From Raillietiella orientalis (taxonomy: Eukaryota), in contig JAYWIR010000001.1 in the NCBI GenBank assembly GCA_036172245.1, forward strand, positions 11,656,001 to 11,720,000: 64,000 bases of DNA, given 5' to 3'. Shown piece after piece: positions 40,380 through 50,935 of this stretch. Positions within the stretch are counted from its first letter, which is position 1. Each line of letters starts with the position of its first letter. Below the pieces are notes generated by a model. It made no database searches. It saw nothing but the letters and a program-made list of their open reading frames with translations, and was not told where the DNA came from. A program made the translations under genes and the position numbers.

Positions 40380-42480
40380 TCTTTCTCCAGGGTTGCCCGC
40401 GTGAGTACTGACCAGCCGGTCCACACCCTCCATTTGGGATTCCACGAAGTACTGGTGAGAACCGCGCTACCTGACTACGCCCGAGGCGACCCCAAACCCC
40501 ACTTTTCAGCGTCAGTGGTACACCGTCGTCCAGGCAGGCTCTGGGGAGGAAGAATTCACTGTCAACGCGGACAGCACGTTCAGTGGTCTCTGGGTTCCGG
40601 ACATTCAATGCAAAACGCCTTGGTGCAGTAAGCGACACGTCTGGATGAATAGCGGTGCCTCTTCAATGTGATGTGATCTTCTTCTAGAAACGCACAAGCG
40701 ATTCGACCCTTCTAAGTCTTCCACATGGAGGGATAGGAGAAAGAGCCTTTCGAGATGGTACTTGGGAGTGTACTTAAGCACAAGAGAGGGTACGGACAAC
40801 ATCAAGGTAGGTGCTACTCTCAGAGTTCCGGCACTCGGACCTCTTTTAGGTTCGAAATATCGATAGGTCGCTAGCATTCGAAGAGAAAAACTCGCTTATA
40901 GAGTTGTTCACCCTGGAAACCAACAGCTCGTATCTGCATCAGTTCATGGTCGGAGATGGGATGCTTGGATTGGATCTGCTGAGTCTGCAAGTGATTGCTG
41001 CCCAACCCAAGATTTACGGATTTTCCCTTGGAGAGTAAGGAGAGATGTGAAGTCCGGGAACAGCTCTTTGCCTCTCCTCCAACCAGGAAGTTCGGTTCCA
41101 AAGTAACCTTTGGCGGAATCGACTCCAAAGATTGGGAGAAAGTCCGGAAGTCCGTGTCGAAACCACTCCTGGATCGGAGTGGGAAGAAGTGGCCCAATAT
41201 GGCCTCGTTCTCTTTAGAAGGGTAAGGAAGTACCCCTTCAGCTCGTGAGGGTGGCCCAAGCGACGGACCCTGCGCGCTTACCAGAGACGGTGGCGTGCAG
41301 GGAGCCACCCCCGAGTTTGCAAAGCGCGTCGTGTAAAGTTTGGACCTTCGGGGGAAATTAGTTCCTTCTCAGCATCCGTCTGAAAAGCGCACCCCTACAC
41401 CCGGGCAATTTTCGATCCCTTCCCCAATTTCTGACTTGCAGGATTTCCTATGGGGGTGAGTCTTTCGGAATAGGCGACAAAACAAGCACCGTGATCGACA
41501 CTGGATTGAACTTTATGGAAGTACCTAAAGACTTCATAAAATGGTTGCTGAAGTTCATTCCCGCGACACCCTCCCCGCCGTTCAACCGTCTGTACAAGGT
41601 TGGTGCTTCGCCGATGGCCATGGCCTTGATGATCACTTGCCACGCATAGATGCCTTGCAGCAGCCGCGATCCTAAGAAACAAAAGGACGTGACCTACTCG
41701 TTCGGCAACGGAGTGAAAGTTTCTCTTAACGTCATGGAGTACTCCATCCCGGTGAGCAAAAATTCCGATCGGTAGGGTGGCAGCTCCTGCATCTGCTTGC
41801 ATGCGCGGAACATCTCTTCTTTACACGGGGGGGTCTCTCGCGCAAGAAGACATCGTGTTCTCTGAGGACAGCTCAGAGAACAAAACGTTTCGCAGCCTTT
41901 GGCTGCTTCAAGCAGTCAGAGGATGCTTGTCTGCCGGGAATCGCTTGAGGCTATTCTCGGCTGACCAACTGACAAGACTGAAAGGAGGAATCATTCATTC
42001 CGTATTATCTTTATGTCATTGTTTCTTCGGCAGGCCTATCCGGGAAGCAATGTCTGCTACCTGCTTTTCAACCACGGGCTTCGAAAAGAGACCGAGTCAC
42101 ACTGGACCATTGGAGTGGAACTCATAAGAAAGCTTCTCATAAAATTGGAGCTCTCTAGTGGCAACAAGGGGAAAGTGACTTTGGCCAACTGAGCACTTTG
42201 TGTCATTTTCATCAGCAGTAATACATTTGGATGTACTATTATTGTGTGCTTTCCTTCGTGGCGACGCCAAATTTGAGAAGAATCTTTCCTTTGATTTTGA
42301 TCAAAGCAGCCATGGGTTGGTTGGGTTTTCCGCCACCACACGTCAGCATGCAGATGCTCGCTTACCGACCTCAGGCAATCCTCGCTAGTCTGAGATCAAC
42401 TCGCTGTACCCTTAGGAGGAATTCTGCCATTGTCGGCTCACTCGAAGCGCGCGACACAGTCAGGCGACGGCCGCAGGTTG
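40380..42480 (-). mobile_element. Decayed Ty3/Gypsy-like pol (RT-RNaseH-integrase order)
   Basis: Broken minus-strand remnants in Gypsy order. RT-like: KDSSQIW, FYEKLSY..NGP (~42100-42300). RNase H-like: QADAG..AER..CVASDHQ (41630-41800). Integrase-like: LHVEDLEG (~40720) and ES(Q/N)..GVDRLVST (~40420). Boundaries approximate. Confidence 0.5.
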
Positions 42481-42829
42481 ACCTCATACGCAGTCAGCTT
42501 CCTGCAGCCGGATGGTGCACAAAATGATGGTCCATGGAAGGAAAGGGATCCCCCATTCCGTCGACCTCCGACATTTTCCAGACTGCCGCACAAGGTCGAG
42601 GAACCGACGTTTGGTTTTCAGACAGAGGATTCGTGGTCGTGCGCACTGCCGGGAGTCCGACACATTCCAGGGAACACCGCCAACAACGCAAGCACCGCTA
42701 AGCAGTGTCGAAAAAACTGTTCTTGTGACCGACACGTCCGTTGTTTGTCCCTCATAGCACGTTCGTGAGAAACCCGTTGATCTGCAGAGGCACTCCTGTT
42801 CCCGAGATCCGTCTCTGCCTTTTCTTTCC

Positions 42830-43035
42830 TTTTTAAAGACCAGCAGCGAACTCACCAGGAGATCTTATTGATTGGAATCCATTGAGGTTCTTGTGTTTCT
42901 TCTGCTTTCCTTCCTCCTTAGGGGAGTCCACGAAGACTCTTTAAAGATTGTTCATGCCACCTGAGGGTGAGTGTCACTCTTTAATTTATGGTAACTATGG
43001 GGCAACCCCATAATTAACACCCTATGAATCCAGGA
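42830..43035 (-). repeat. Dispersed LTR-like repeat, copy B (partial)
   Basis: gccacctgaggg.gagtgtcactct, cctatgaatccagga and agatcttattga..ggaatcc match the reverse complement of 1303-1540 and match 50340-50635 directly. Confidence 0.55.
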
Positions 43036-43199
43036 GGACTTCGGAGGAAGCAGTCCGTTGCTCTTGAAACCTCGTCTATCCATGCTACGGGTGAGGGGAA
43101 GCTAGTTACGTTCCTCGCCATGGAGAAGAGTAAGCGTGTGGACTTCCATCTTCGCGGGTGCGCGTTCGGCGCTCATGTCCATGGTACTTCCGACTCGAC

Positions 43200-44320
43200 G
43201 TTGTCACCGGAGTCACGCCGGGGTGTTTATTGTAAACAGACAACAATTGCAGTATAAGGCCCCACTGCGGCCAAGACAACAAGAGACCTGCCGGGTGGTC
43301 GGTGTGCAGGTCGACTGGACTCTCCACGGCAACGGAGGGGGATGGGGGAAAAACAAAAATAAAAATAAAATAAAATTGAAAAAACAATTGTCTTTGGGAT
43401 GGTCGCGAAGGAATCACCGTCCGCTTGGTGGAGGGTCCATACTTTGGAGGATGCCGACAAGGTCTGTCCGTATGTTTCCCAGATGGGGCCATCTAGTCGC
43501 AATCCGCAGGTAGCGGACTGCAAGTACGACGGCATCCCTATCGTGGCTCGGTCTTCTGACGTCTCTCCAGCACGTCACAATCCCTCGGACGCAGCAGAGT
43601 GCTGCCAGGGCTGCGGCTGGTCGCAGGGCGTCCTGCACGAAGAGAAGCCGAAAAACGTCTCTGGGCTGGCTGCCCACCGGGATTCGTAGGGAGGTACCAA
43701 GACGCTCCCACAGGGGTCGGAGGGCAACACAGTCAACATAGGGTGGGGGAGGGATTCCCGCTCCCCGCGCCTGATGCAGGCGGGATTCACTCGTCCCTGG
43801 GTCCAGTGGTGGCGGCGTGCGTTGCAGTGTAGATCCCCATGCAACAGCAGAAGTGCCGACTCCTGCTACTTCAGGGGAGGATCCTTGATCCATTAAGCAC
43901 CGGGGGCCACTTCAGATCATCCATTTGGATGCCGAGCAGCTCGCACCATCTCAGTAGACCATGCGGGAGGACACTTCGGATCGTGGCGTCGGCCAGCTGT
44001 CCCATGGTCCAACCGCTTAACTTCTTTGTCCTGCCTGGAATCTCTCAGGAAATCTGCTACCTCGGCGTCTGGCTAGCGCCAAGTATCCTCCTCAGGATGG
44101 GCATCGCTGCAGCGAGGGGGTCATCTCCTCCCACGTGTTCCTGGCTGGACACTCCACGACCTTCCGCAGAGAGCAGCGGGAGAGGTTGCTTAATAGCAGG
44201 CAGTTTCTTGTTTCGCTTGTTAGGTTCAACCTCGCCCACGTGCCTTCCTGTGCTCGACCTTCCTCGCCGAAGCGTAGCAGACGTGTTTTTCCTGCGCTCC
44301 GACCGCTCCAGCTTCGGAAA
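43200..44320 (-). mobile_element. 5'-truncated decayed L1/Tx1-clade non-LTR element: ORF2 C-terminus plus 3' UTR
   Basis: Frameshifted translation GWTMGQLADA..PHGLLRWCELL..LLHGDLHCNAR..NPACIRRGERESLPH..DC..LWERL aligns by eye with the end of the 46555-49225 ORF (GWRTCELADA..PKGLLRWSEHL..VHWGFHSNQR..SPNCKRCGEVETLPH..DC..LWRRL). The 3' UTR blocks are shared. Confidence 0.85.
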
Positions 44321-44375
44321 TTTTTTTTTTTTTTCATTTCGTTTGTGAGAGTGTGTGGCACATCGTCGGTGTCCC

Positions 44376-46137
44376 ATGGCAGAAATGCCTGCGGATACCG
44401 CGATGGAGATCGGAGTGGGAGAGGGCAGTTCCTCTTCCCAACCCACGGAGGTGGGGGCAATCGCCCCCACGGAAGCGAGGGCAATCGTCCCCTTGAAAAA
44501 GGGTGCAATCGTGCCCTCGGAGCCGTCTTCGCCCACGACGAGGACCTGGCTGCAGCACCATCCGCTGCAGCCATGGCCGAACAAGCCGCCTACAAGGAGC
44601 AAGGGTAAAAGCCGTCCTTAATCTACAAGGTAGGCAATATCTTTGTGGGGAATACCGCTCGCAACTTCGAAAGGGAGTTGCAGCGGCTTAATATAAAGGA
44701 GGAAGAGCTGGAAGGACTTTCCGTGCTTAGTGGGGGTCAGCGGGTGGAGCTGACTTGCAAGGATGCATGCCTGGCTCAACGCCTGTTGAACACCCCCATT
44801 AGGCTGGAGGGGGGAAAGCTCTTCCCTGTTACTGAGGATCGCTACGTAGTGGCGCACCTCACGGGAGTTACTCTCCGAATGTCGACAACGGGCGCGCAGG
44901 AGGAACTCAGCAAGTACGGCACGGTACACGCGCTCTGGACCAAGCCCAACGTCTTCCAATCCTATGGAAGGCTGTTTAGTGCATGAAAACGGCGGGTTAC
45001 CCCACAAGCTGGACCTCACCAACGAGACGGTCGATGTCTGGTACGTGGGGAAACCCAAGTACTGTGGATACTGCGATGCCAGAGGGCACCTGAAAAAACG
45101 GTGCCCTCGCATCCAATGCTTCCACTGCGGAGAGAAGGGCCACCTCCGGAAAGTGTGCCCAGAGCGTGAAACTCCGACTCCCTCTGCTTTGAAAAAAGCC
45201 AAGGGGAAACGCGCGGAGCAAGCGATGAAGCCCAAAGAGGCTACAGCAAGGCGTGACCAGAAGCCAGAGCCCGAACGCTCCCAGCAAGCGCCGGTCGACA
45301 AAACTCCCGACGAAGCTAGTGAGAACGAGGGCTGGCAGACGGTGAAGCCAAAGAAAGCAAAGAAATCCGAAAGCGGAGCCAGCGTCGAATCCTTTGAATA
45401 GGAAACAGCGCCGCGCATTGCTCCGCAAATGCTCGGTTACTTTGGAGGGCGTGGGGGCCTTAGAGATCGCCACCGGGGGAGATATCCCCCGCCTCGTTTG
45501 CGCGGAAGTGGCGATCCCCGAAGACGAACCCTCTCTGAAAACAGAGGAGGAGCCGTGCGACGCGCTGCCCGTAATCGAGGACGCCGCCTTCGAACAGGCG
45601 GCGGAAGAGCTCGAGGCCGAACTCGTCGGCCGCGAGATCCCGGCACGAAAAGCCTTGAGAAGGCCGGTCGCGGTGAAGGCACCTGAAGAAAGTGATGCTG
45701 ATCCGGATGCCGGTAGTGCGTCCTCCTCCGCGGAGGCGCCTCCAAAGAAGATGGGACGCAAGTCCAAGAATCCGAGGAGGCGACTCCCGACCAAGAAGGA
45801 GGAGGGGGACGCACCGACAGCCGGGGGGGAAGCCGGCAGCGTGGGAACGGAGGAAGGGAATATCCCACTCCCCGCGACCGAGCAGCTGTCAACCCCGATG
45901 GAGGAGGGGAAGCAGGTAGGTGACAACCTTCCCCTTCCACCAACCGGCCCAGCCGACGAATCGGACCTCATGGAGGAGGAAGTGCAGGTAGGAGATACCT
46001 GCCTACCCCTCCCGATGAGGCCTGTATCGGAATCGGCCTCCATGGAGGAGGGAGAACCGGTGCGCGATGCACCCCCTTCTCCATCCGTCCCGCCCGATAA
46101 GGTGGCGGGATCCGCACTGCCACGTTCCCAGGAATAA
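44376..46137 (+). pseudogene. Frameshifted ORF1 (gag-like, RRM-like region plus two CCHC knuckles) of an L1/Tx1-clade element
   Basis: ELSKYGTV, then VWYVGKPKYCGYCDARGHLKKRC and CFHCGEKGHLRKVC, GWQTVKPKK and an acidic/Pro-rich tail. Split across several frames; start uncertain (44376 or 44573). Confidence 0.85.
45898..46085 (+). repeat. 72-bp degenerate tandem repeat (about 2.6 units) in the ORF1 tail
   Basis: atggaggagg begins at 45898, 45970 and 46042. Units read MEEGKQVGDNLPLP.., MEEEVQVGDTCLPLP.., MEEGEPVRDAPPSP. Confidence 0.85.
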
Positions 46138-46324
46138 CCCCTGGGCTCGCCTGTTGCCGTCGGATCCGCGTGGCCTGTTGGAATGTCAACGGGCTGCGCG
46201 AAGACGGCAACAGGCGAGATACAGCCGACACCCTGCGAGAATTCGACCTGGAGCTTCTGCAGGAGATCCACGTGATTACTGCAAGAGACGTCGAGGAGAT
46301 CGAGAGGATCGCAAGGGGTCGGTT
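46101..46324 (+). pseudogene. N-terminal fragment of ORF2 AP-endonuclease, interrupted
   Basis: IRVACWNVNGL..DLELLQEIH are APE motifs I and II, directly after ORF1. Cut off by the 3' end of the minus-strand element. Confidence 0.85.
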
Positions 46325-49225
46325 GTTTATCACCCGGGTGCGCCGGGGCGTTTATTACAAAACTGTCCGGGAACTCTGTTCCCGGACAAAGGATGCACAA
46401 GAGACGAAGGGGGTGGGATCCCCGACACGCAGGTCGGTATACCGAAAGTCCGGAACGGGAGGGAGGGGACCACAAATACACTAGTATAAAAAATAAAAAT
46501 AAAGATATGGGGAAGGTAGGGGACAGGGGTCTTTGGTTCGGCCGTTCCTTCCTTTCAGAACCGGCGATGGATGCCGGCGATCTCTCTTCTTACGTCCTGT
46601 GGCAGATAAGCCCACTCGGCAGCCGACGACATGTTCGCGCTGGCTAATCCGGTGGGCTGACGAAGGATGGTTAGCTTCTCCAACTCTCGGTGGGCCTTGT
46701 CGATGGCGCGGGTGCAACACACGGTTGCGACGACAGCACCTAAAGACAGGCCGCCTGGCGTGAAGAAGCGGCGCATCCAGTCTCTCGCGGTGTCCCCCTG
46801 GTGCAGGAGAGCCGAGGCCAGCCTCCGCCACAGTCCTTGGAGGGCACCGCAGTCCAGGAGCAGGTGCGGGAGCGTTTCCACTTCCCCGCACCGCTTACAG
46901 TTTGGGGAGACAGCTCCCCCGGAAACACGGTTCGTCCGCTGGTTGGAGTGAAAACCCCAATGCACCAGCATGGTGACGTCCTGTTTCCAAGTTAAAGGGA
47001 ACACGGAAGTGTTCAAACAGGAGGGAGGGACCACAAGTTCTTCGGGGGGCACACTCAAGTGTTCACTCCACCGAAGGAGTCCCTTCGGGATGTGGCGAGG
47101 CGTGGCGGCGTCTGCCAGCTCGCAAGTCCTCCAGCCTCCTATGGGTCGTGTTCCTCCTGCGATGGTGCAGACGACCTCCCACCTCGCCGGTTCGCAGCTG
47201 TCATCTCTTGCCCTGAGGGCTGACAGCGCGTCGGCGAGGGGCGTGACGGCCAGGCGAGTCCACTTCTCCTGGCTGTTGCACACCTCATCTACCGTGCAGT
47301 ACGGGGAGAGGTGAGCGCAACGGAGTTCCAGAAGGGAAACATCCTGGTGCTTTGCCCAGGCATGCAACGCCTCCTGCCGCCAGGATTCAAAGTTCGTTGG
47401 GCGGCAGGAGATCCATTCCTGGGCTGCCAGAAGCCGGTAGAGGGGCTTCAACGGGAAACCGAAGCTTCTCGTGGCGCGCTCCGTATGCGGCCGCAGCGAC
47501 AGAAGTCCATCGCTGCCGGCGCAGCGCCGCAGAAGCAGGCGCGCGGGAGCGCACCACGGAGTGGACCAAAGGTTGGCGCACAGGGCCAACATCCGAAGCT
47601 GCACCTTTAGCTCGATTCTCTCCAGCGTCAGGATGTCCAAGCCAGCATCCCGACGCGGAGCCGCCAAGTCTTTGAGGCGGATCCTGGACCTCGCAGGTCC
47701 CCACAGAGCGTTCCTCAACAGGCCGCAGCTTGGCCGAGTGGGGGGCGGGCAAACAGAAAGCAGGGGGCGCAAGAGGGGGGCAACGAAGGTGTTCCATATC
47801 GCGGCTTGCTCCGACAGGAGGAACCTGCCATCGTGGAACGGGCTCAGAGCACTCGTAGCCTTCCGAAGGCAGTCCGACCACACTTCCACTGGGCTGATGT
47901 TCCCCAGCGGAACGCCCAGATATTGCATGGACGAAGCGGTCGGGATCCCCAGGCGGATCCGGTCGGACTGCCCCTCCCACGCCGCACCAATAGGAACGAC
48001 CACGCTCTTACTCCGCTTTACGCTCATGCCCGCTCCCCGGCGAATCAGCTCGAAGAAATCCTCGAGACTGGACGCCGGGGTGGTCATGGGTAAAAGGAGA
48101 AGCAGGTCGTCAGCATAGGCCGCCACGGACGGCGTTCCTGGACAAGAGCTCGGCAGGTTGGCCAGCGTCAGCCTGTACGCCCTCAGCACCAACTCAAAGA
48201 AGATGCTGAAGAGCAACGGGCTTAAGCTGTTGCCCTGCCTGATGCCCCGCCGCACCGGCACGCCGTACACGTGGCAGCCGCTGAAAGAGATGGAAATGAG
48301 CGCGTGGCGCCAGCAAGCGCGCAAATAGGCCACGAGGTGCACAGGGAAACCGAGGCGTTCCAGGAGCTCCAGAAGGAGATCCTGATTCATGCAGTCAAAA
48401 GCCTTGCGGAGATCGACCGCGACCGCCAAGGCACCCGGCGCTTCCTCAGGCCGAATGCAGTGACGCCTTGCCACGGCAGCCGCAGATGCGGTTACCTGGC
48501 TGTCGTGCGCCACGTATCGTTGCAGCTCGAGCCACGTGCGCGCGAAGAACAGATTCGCCTCCATGGACCGCCCGGGAACAGCGTAGGACTGCTCCGGACT
48601 TACCACGGATCCAGCGATCCTGCCTAGGCGCGCGACCCACAGCCTGGAGAACAACTTGACGTCCGCATTCACCAAGGTGATGGGACGCCAGTTGCTTAAA
48701 TGGCGCATGTCTCCGCCTTTCGGCAACAGACGCACCCTTGCTGAGCGAAACGAGGCCGGGACATTGCCCATCTCTCGCATCAGCGCAGAAAGCCTCAGCA
48801 CCAGGGGGATGAGTTCCGCCGCGAAGCACTGGAAGAACTCCGCAGGCAGACCATCCTCACTTGGCGCCTTGCGCTTCTTGAGGTCCTCTATGGCGGAAGA
48901 CACTTCTTCCGCCGTGAAGGGCAAGTCGAGAGTGGCGCGTTCCTCCTCGTCGACTGCAGGGGCATCCGCCGGCAGAAGCAGCTCCGAGAGACTGCGTTCC
49001 GTCGGCTCCCTAGCATACAACGAGGAGTAGTAGCTCTTCAGGAGGCGGCGAACGTCGGCCGCTCCCGAGCACTCCAGGCCCTGGTCGTCGAGCAGACAAG
49101 CCGCTCCTGACTGCCAGACCTGGCGCTTGGCCTTGGCCTTGTACTCCGCAAGGTACCGGACGTCCGGGCATCGAGAGAATTGGCGGGCCTGCAGAAACTC
49201 TCTGCTGTTGGCCACACCTTCACCG
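46324..49225 (-). mobile_element. 5'-truncated L1/Tx1-clade non-LTR retrotransposon with uninterrupted RT-zinc finger ORF (stop at 46555) and 3' UTR
   Basis: Motifs YYSSLY, KAPSEDGLPAEFF, LLPKGGD..NWRPITLVNADVKLF, DLRKAFD, GIRQGNSLSPLLF, YADD, QYLGV and C-terminal CKRCGEVETLPHLLLDC. No APE domain. 5' junction about 49215-49235. Confidence 0.95.
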
Positions 49226-49335
49226 AAGCCACGAGGTGCTTTGCCCAGCCATGCTTGGTCAGCTAGGATGAGGCTCCTTCCTAAGGGAGGAGACCTCCGT
49301 AAGTTGAACTGGCGTCCGATCACTGTACTGAAACC
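49226..49335 (+). mobile_element. Short plus-strand RT subdomain-1 fragment of a related element
   Basis: Plus strand reads GALPSHAWSARMRLLPKGGDLRKLNWRPITVL, a diverged paralog of GNVPASFRSARVRLLPKGGDMRHLSNWRPITLV in the minus ORF. Confidence 0.85.
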
Positions 49336-50329
49336 TGGAGCATGAGCATTGTACTGAAACCAATCCTAAATATGAATTTTTCTCTATAAAAATGCATAGA
49401 GGGTGCACGGCATACCACCTTAACAAAAACATTATTACATATAATCTAGTGACTGTATATACACTGGTCTAACACATTGGAAACGACTGCTCCGAAAATT
49501 TTTCTCATTAAGAAAAGATTGTAAAATGTGGAGTTAGTCGAGCCAATCCATTGTGAAGGTAATCCACTCCACACTTTTGCGTATGATCTTTTGTGTATAA
49601 CTGCTACGGAAGTATTAGAAAACAAATAAAGAAATCCTCTTGCCATTGATCAAAAAGTGAGATCCAGTACACAAATGGAAGTGTTTAGAAATTGGCATTA
49701 AAATGAGGCCCCGGAAGACTGGAACTATAAACTTGGAACAAATCAATTTCCTAGCACGATGGCAAATAATTTGCACCCTTGGAAGCAGAAGTATGAAGCA
49801 AAAGAATTAAAATGGGAAGTCGGAGAAATACATCATAAATTAGTTAATAAGTACTCAACCTAAAAAGGCACAAACTATTCACATTAATAGAGAACAAAAA
49901 ATCAACTTTCGTTTCCAATACGTTACACGTATTTCGTTTTACACGTTTTGCACCGCAGCACTTCGACATTCACGGGAGCGGTGAATTCAAGGAAACATTC
50001 CTTATCAAATCGTGCTGTGAAGTGCTGTGAAGAATGCTTAGATTGGTTTTTTTTTTTTAAAAAAAAAAAAAAAGGCAAAGGAAAAAGAAACGCGGAGAGA
50101 AACGAGAAGGCAAAGATCTTTTACGGAAATTTTTCCGTTTTCATCCTTTTTCGGGTACTATCATTGCGTCCCTGCATGACGAAGCAAAGGTCTTTGAAAA
50201 CGTCTCAGCGTGAACTCTTCTGAGTATATGAAACATTTCATTTCTTAATGTCAAATTTCAGCAATTTGAGTGGAATTGTACTGACGGGACGTAATCAATG
50301 TATGACAACATTTATTTTTATAAAAAAGG

Positions 50330-50935
50330 CCAGTAGCGACCCCCACGAGGAGATCGTTACTATTGGCCTAGGACGATGGAAACGCTCCTTCTTCTGTCCT
50401 CGCTCTTTTCCTTCCAGCTTTTCTCTTTTTTCTTTGGTTCGCAAAGTACCTCACAGAGGTCGGTCGCGTGCCTCCCGGCGCTGCCTCTTTTTAAACATTC
50501 ACACAGTTTTTACACAGTTTTTTTTGTTTCCACGCCTCTCCACCCGTGGCAACCCGCAGGGGGTGGGCGTGTTATTCTTCAGGATAGGGGGCACCCCTGG
50601 AAGGGGGGGTCCCCCGCCCTATGAATCCAGGAAGGGCTTGGAGTCCGTTCCTCTCACGCTTGGGGAGGGATCCCCCCCCGAACGGGGGACCGCACCCCCC
50701 ACCCCGGTTGTCTCCGAAGGGGAACCCCGAAGGGAATCTCCTTCCTCATTCTTTCCGGAGGGACCTCCCCCGGAAAGGGTGGTGGTCTCCTCTTCCTCTC
50801 CATTTCAACTTCTCCGAAGGGAACACGGAAAGGATCCGCTTGTGGGAATTTCTTTTCCGGAGGGAACCCCCGCAAGGGAACCGCTCCTGTTCACTCCTCT
50901 GAAGAGAACCCCGAAGGGACGCATCCGAAACTCAA
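50330..50935 (-). repeat. Dispersed LTR-like repeat, copy C, with internal GC-rich subrepeats
   Basis: Reverse complement aligns in blocks with 1110-1540. Shares cctatgaatccagga with 43021-43035. Confidence 0.6.

Noticed and set aside
44040..44080. Plus-strand ICYLGVWL resembling RT subdomain 7
   Set aside because: The minus strand here aligns continuously with the ORF2 C-terminus, so the plus-strand motif is coincidental.
44997..46481. 494-aa minus-strand ORF
   Set aside because: Antisense shadow of the GC-rich ORF1; no motifs.
49226..49323. N-terminus of the 922-aa ORF as a real start
   Set aside because: It is the antisense reading of a plus-strand RT fragment; the element is 5'-truncated.
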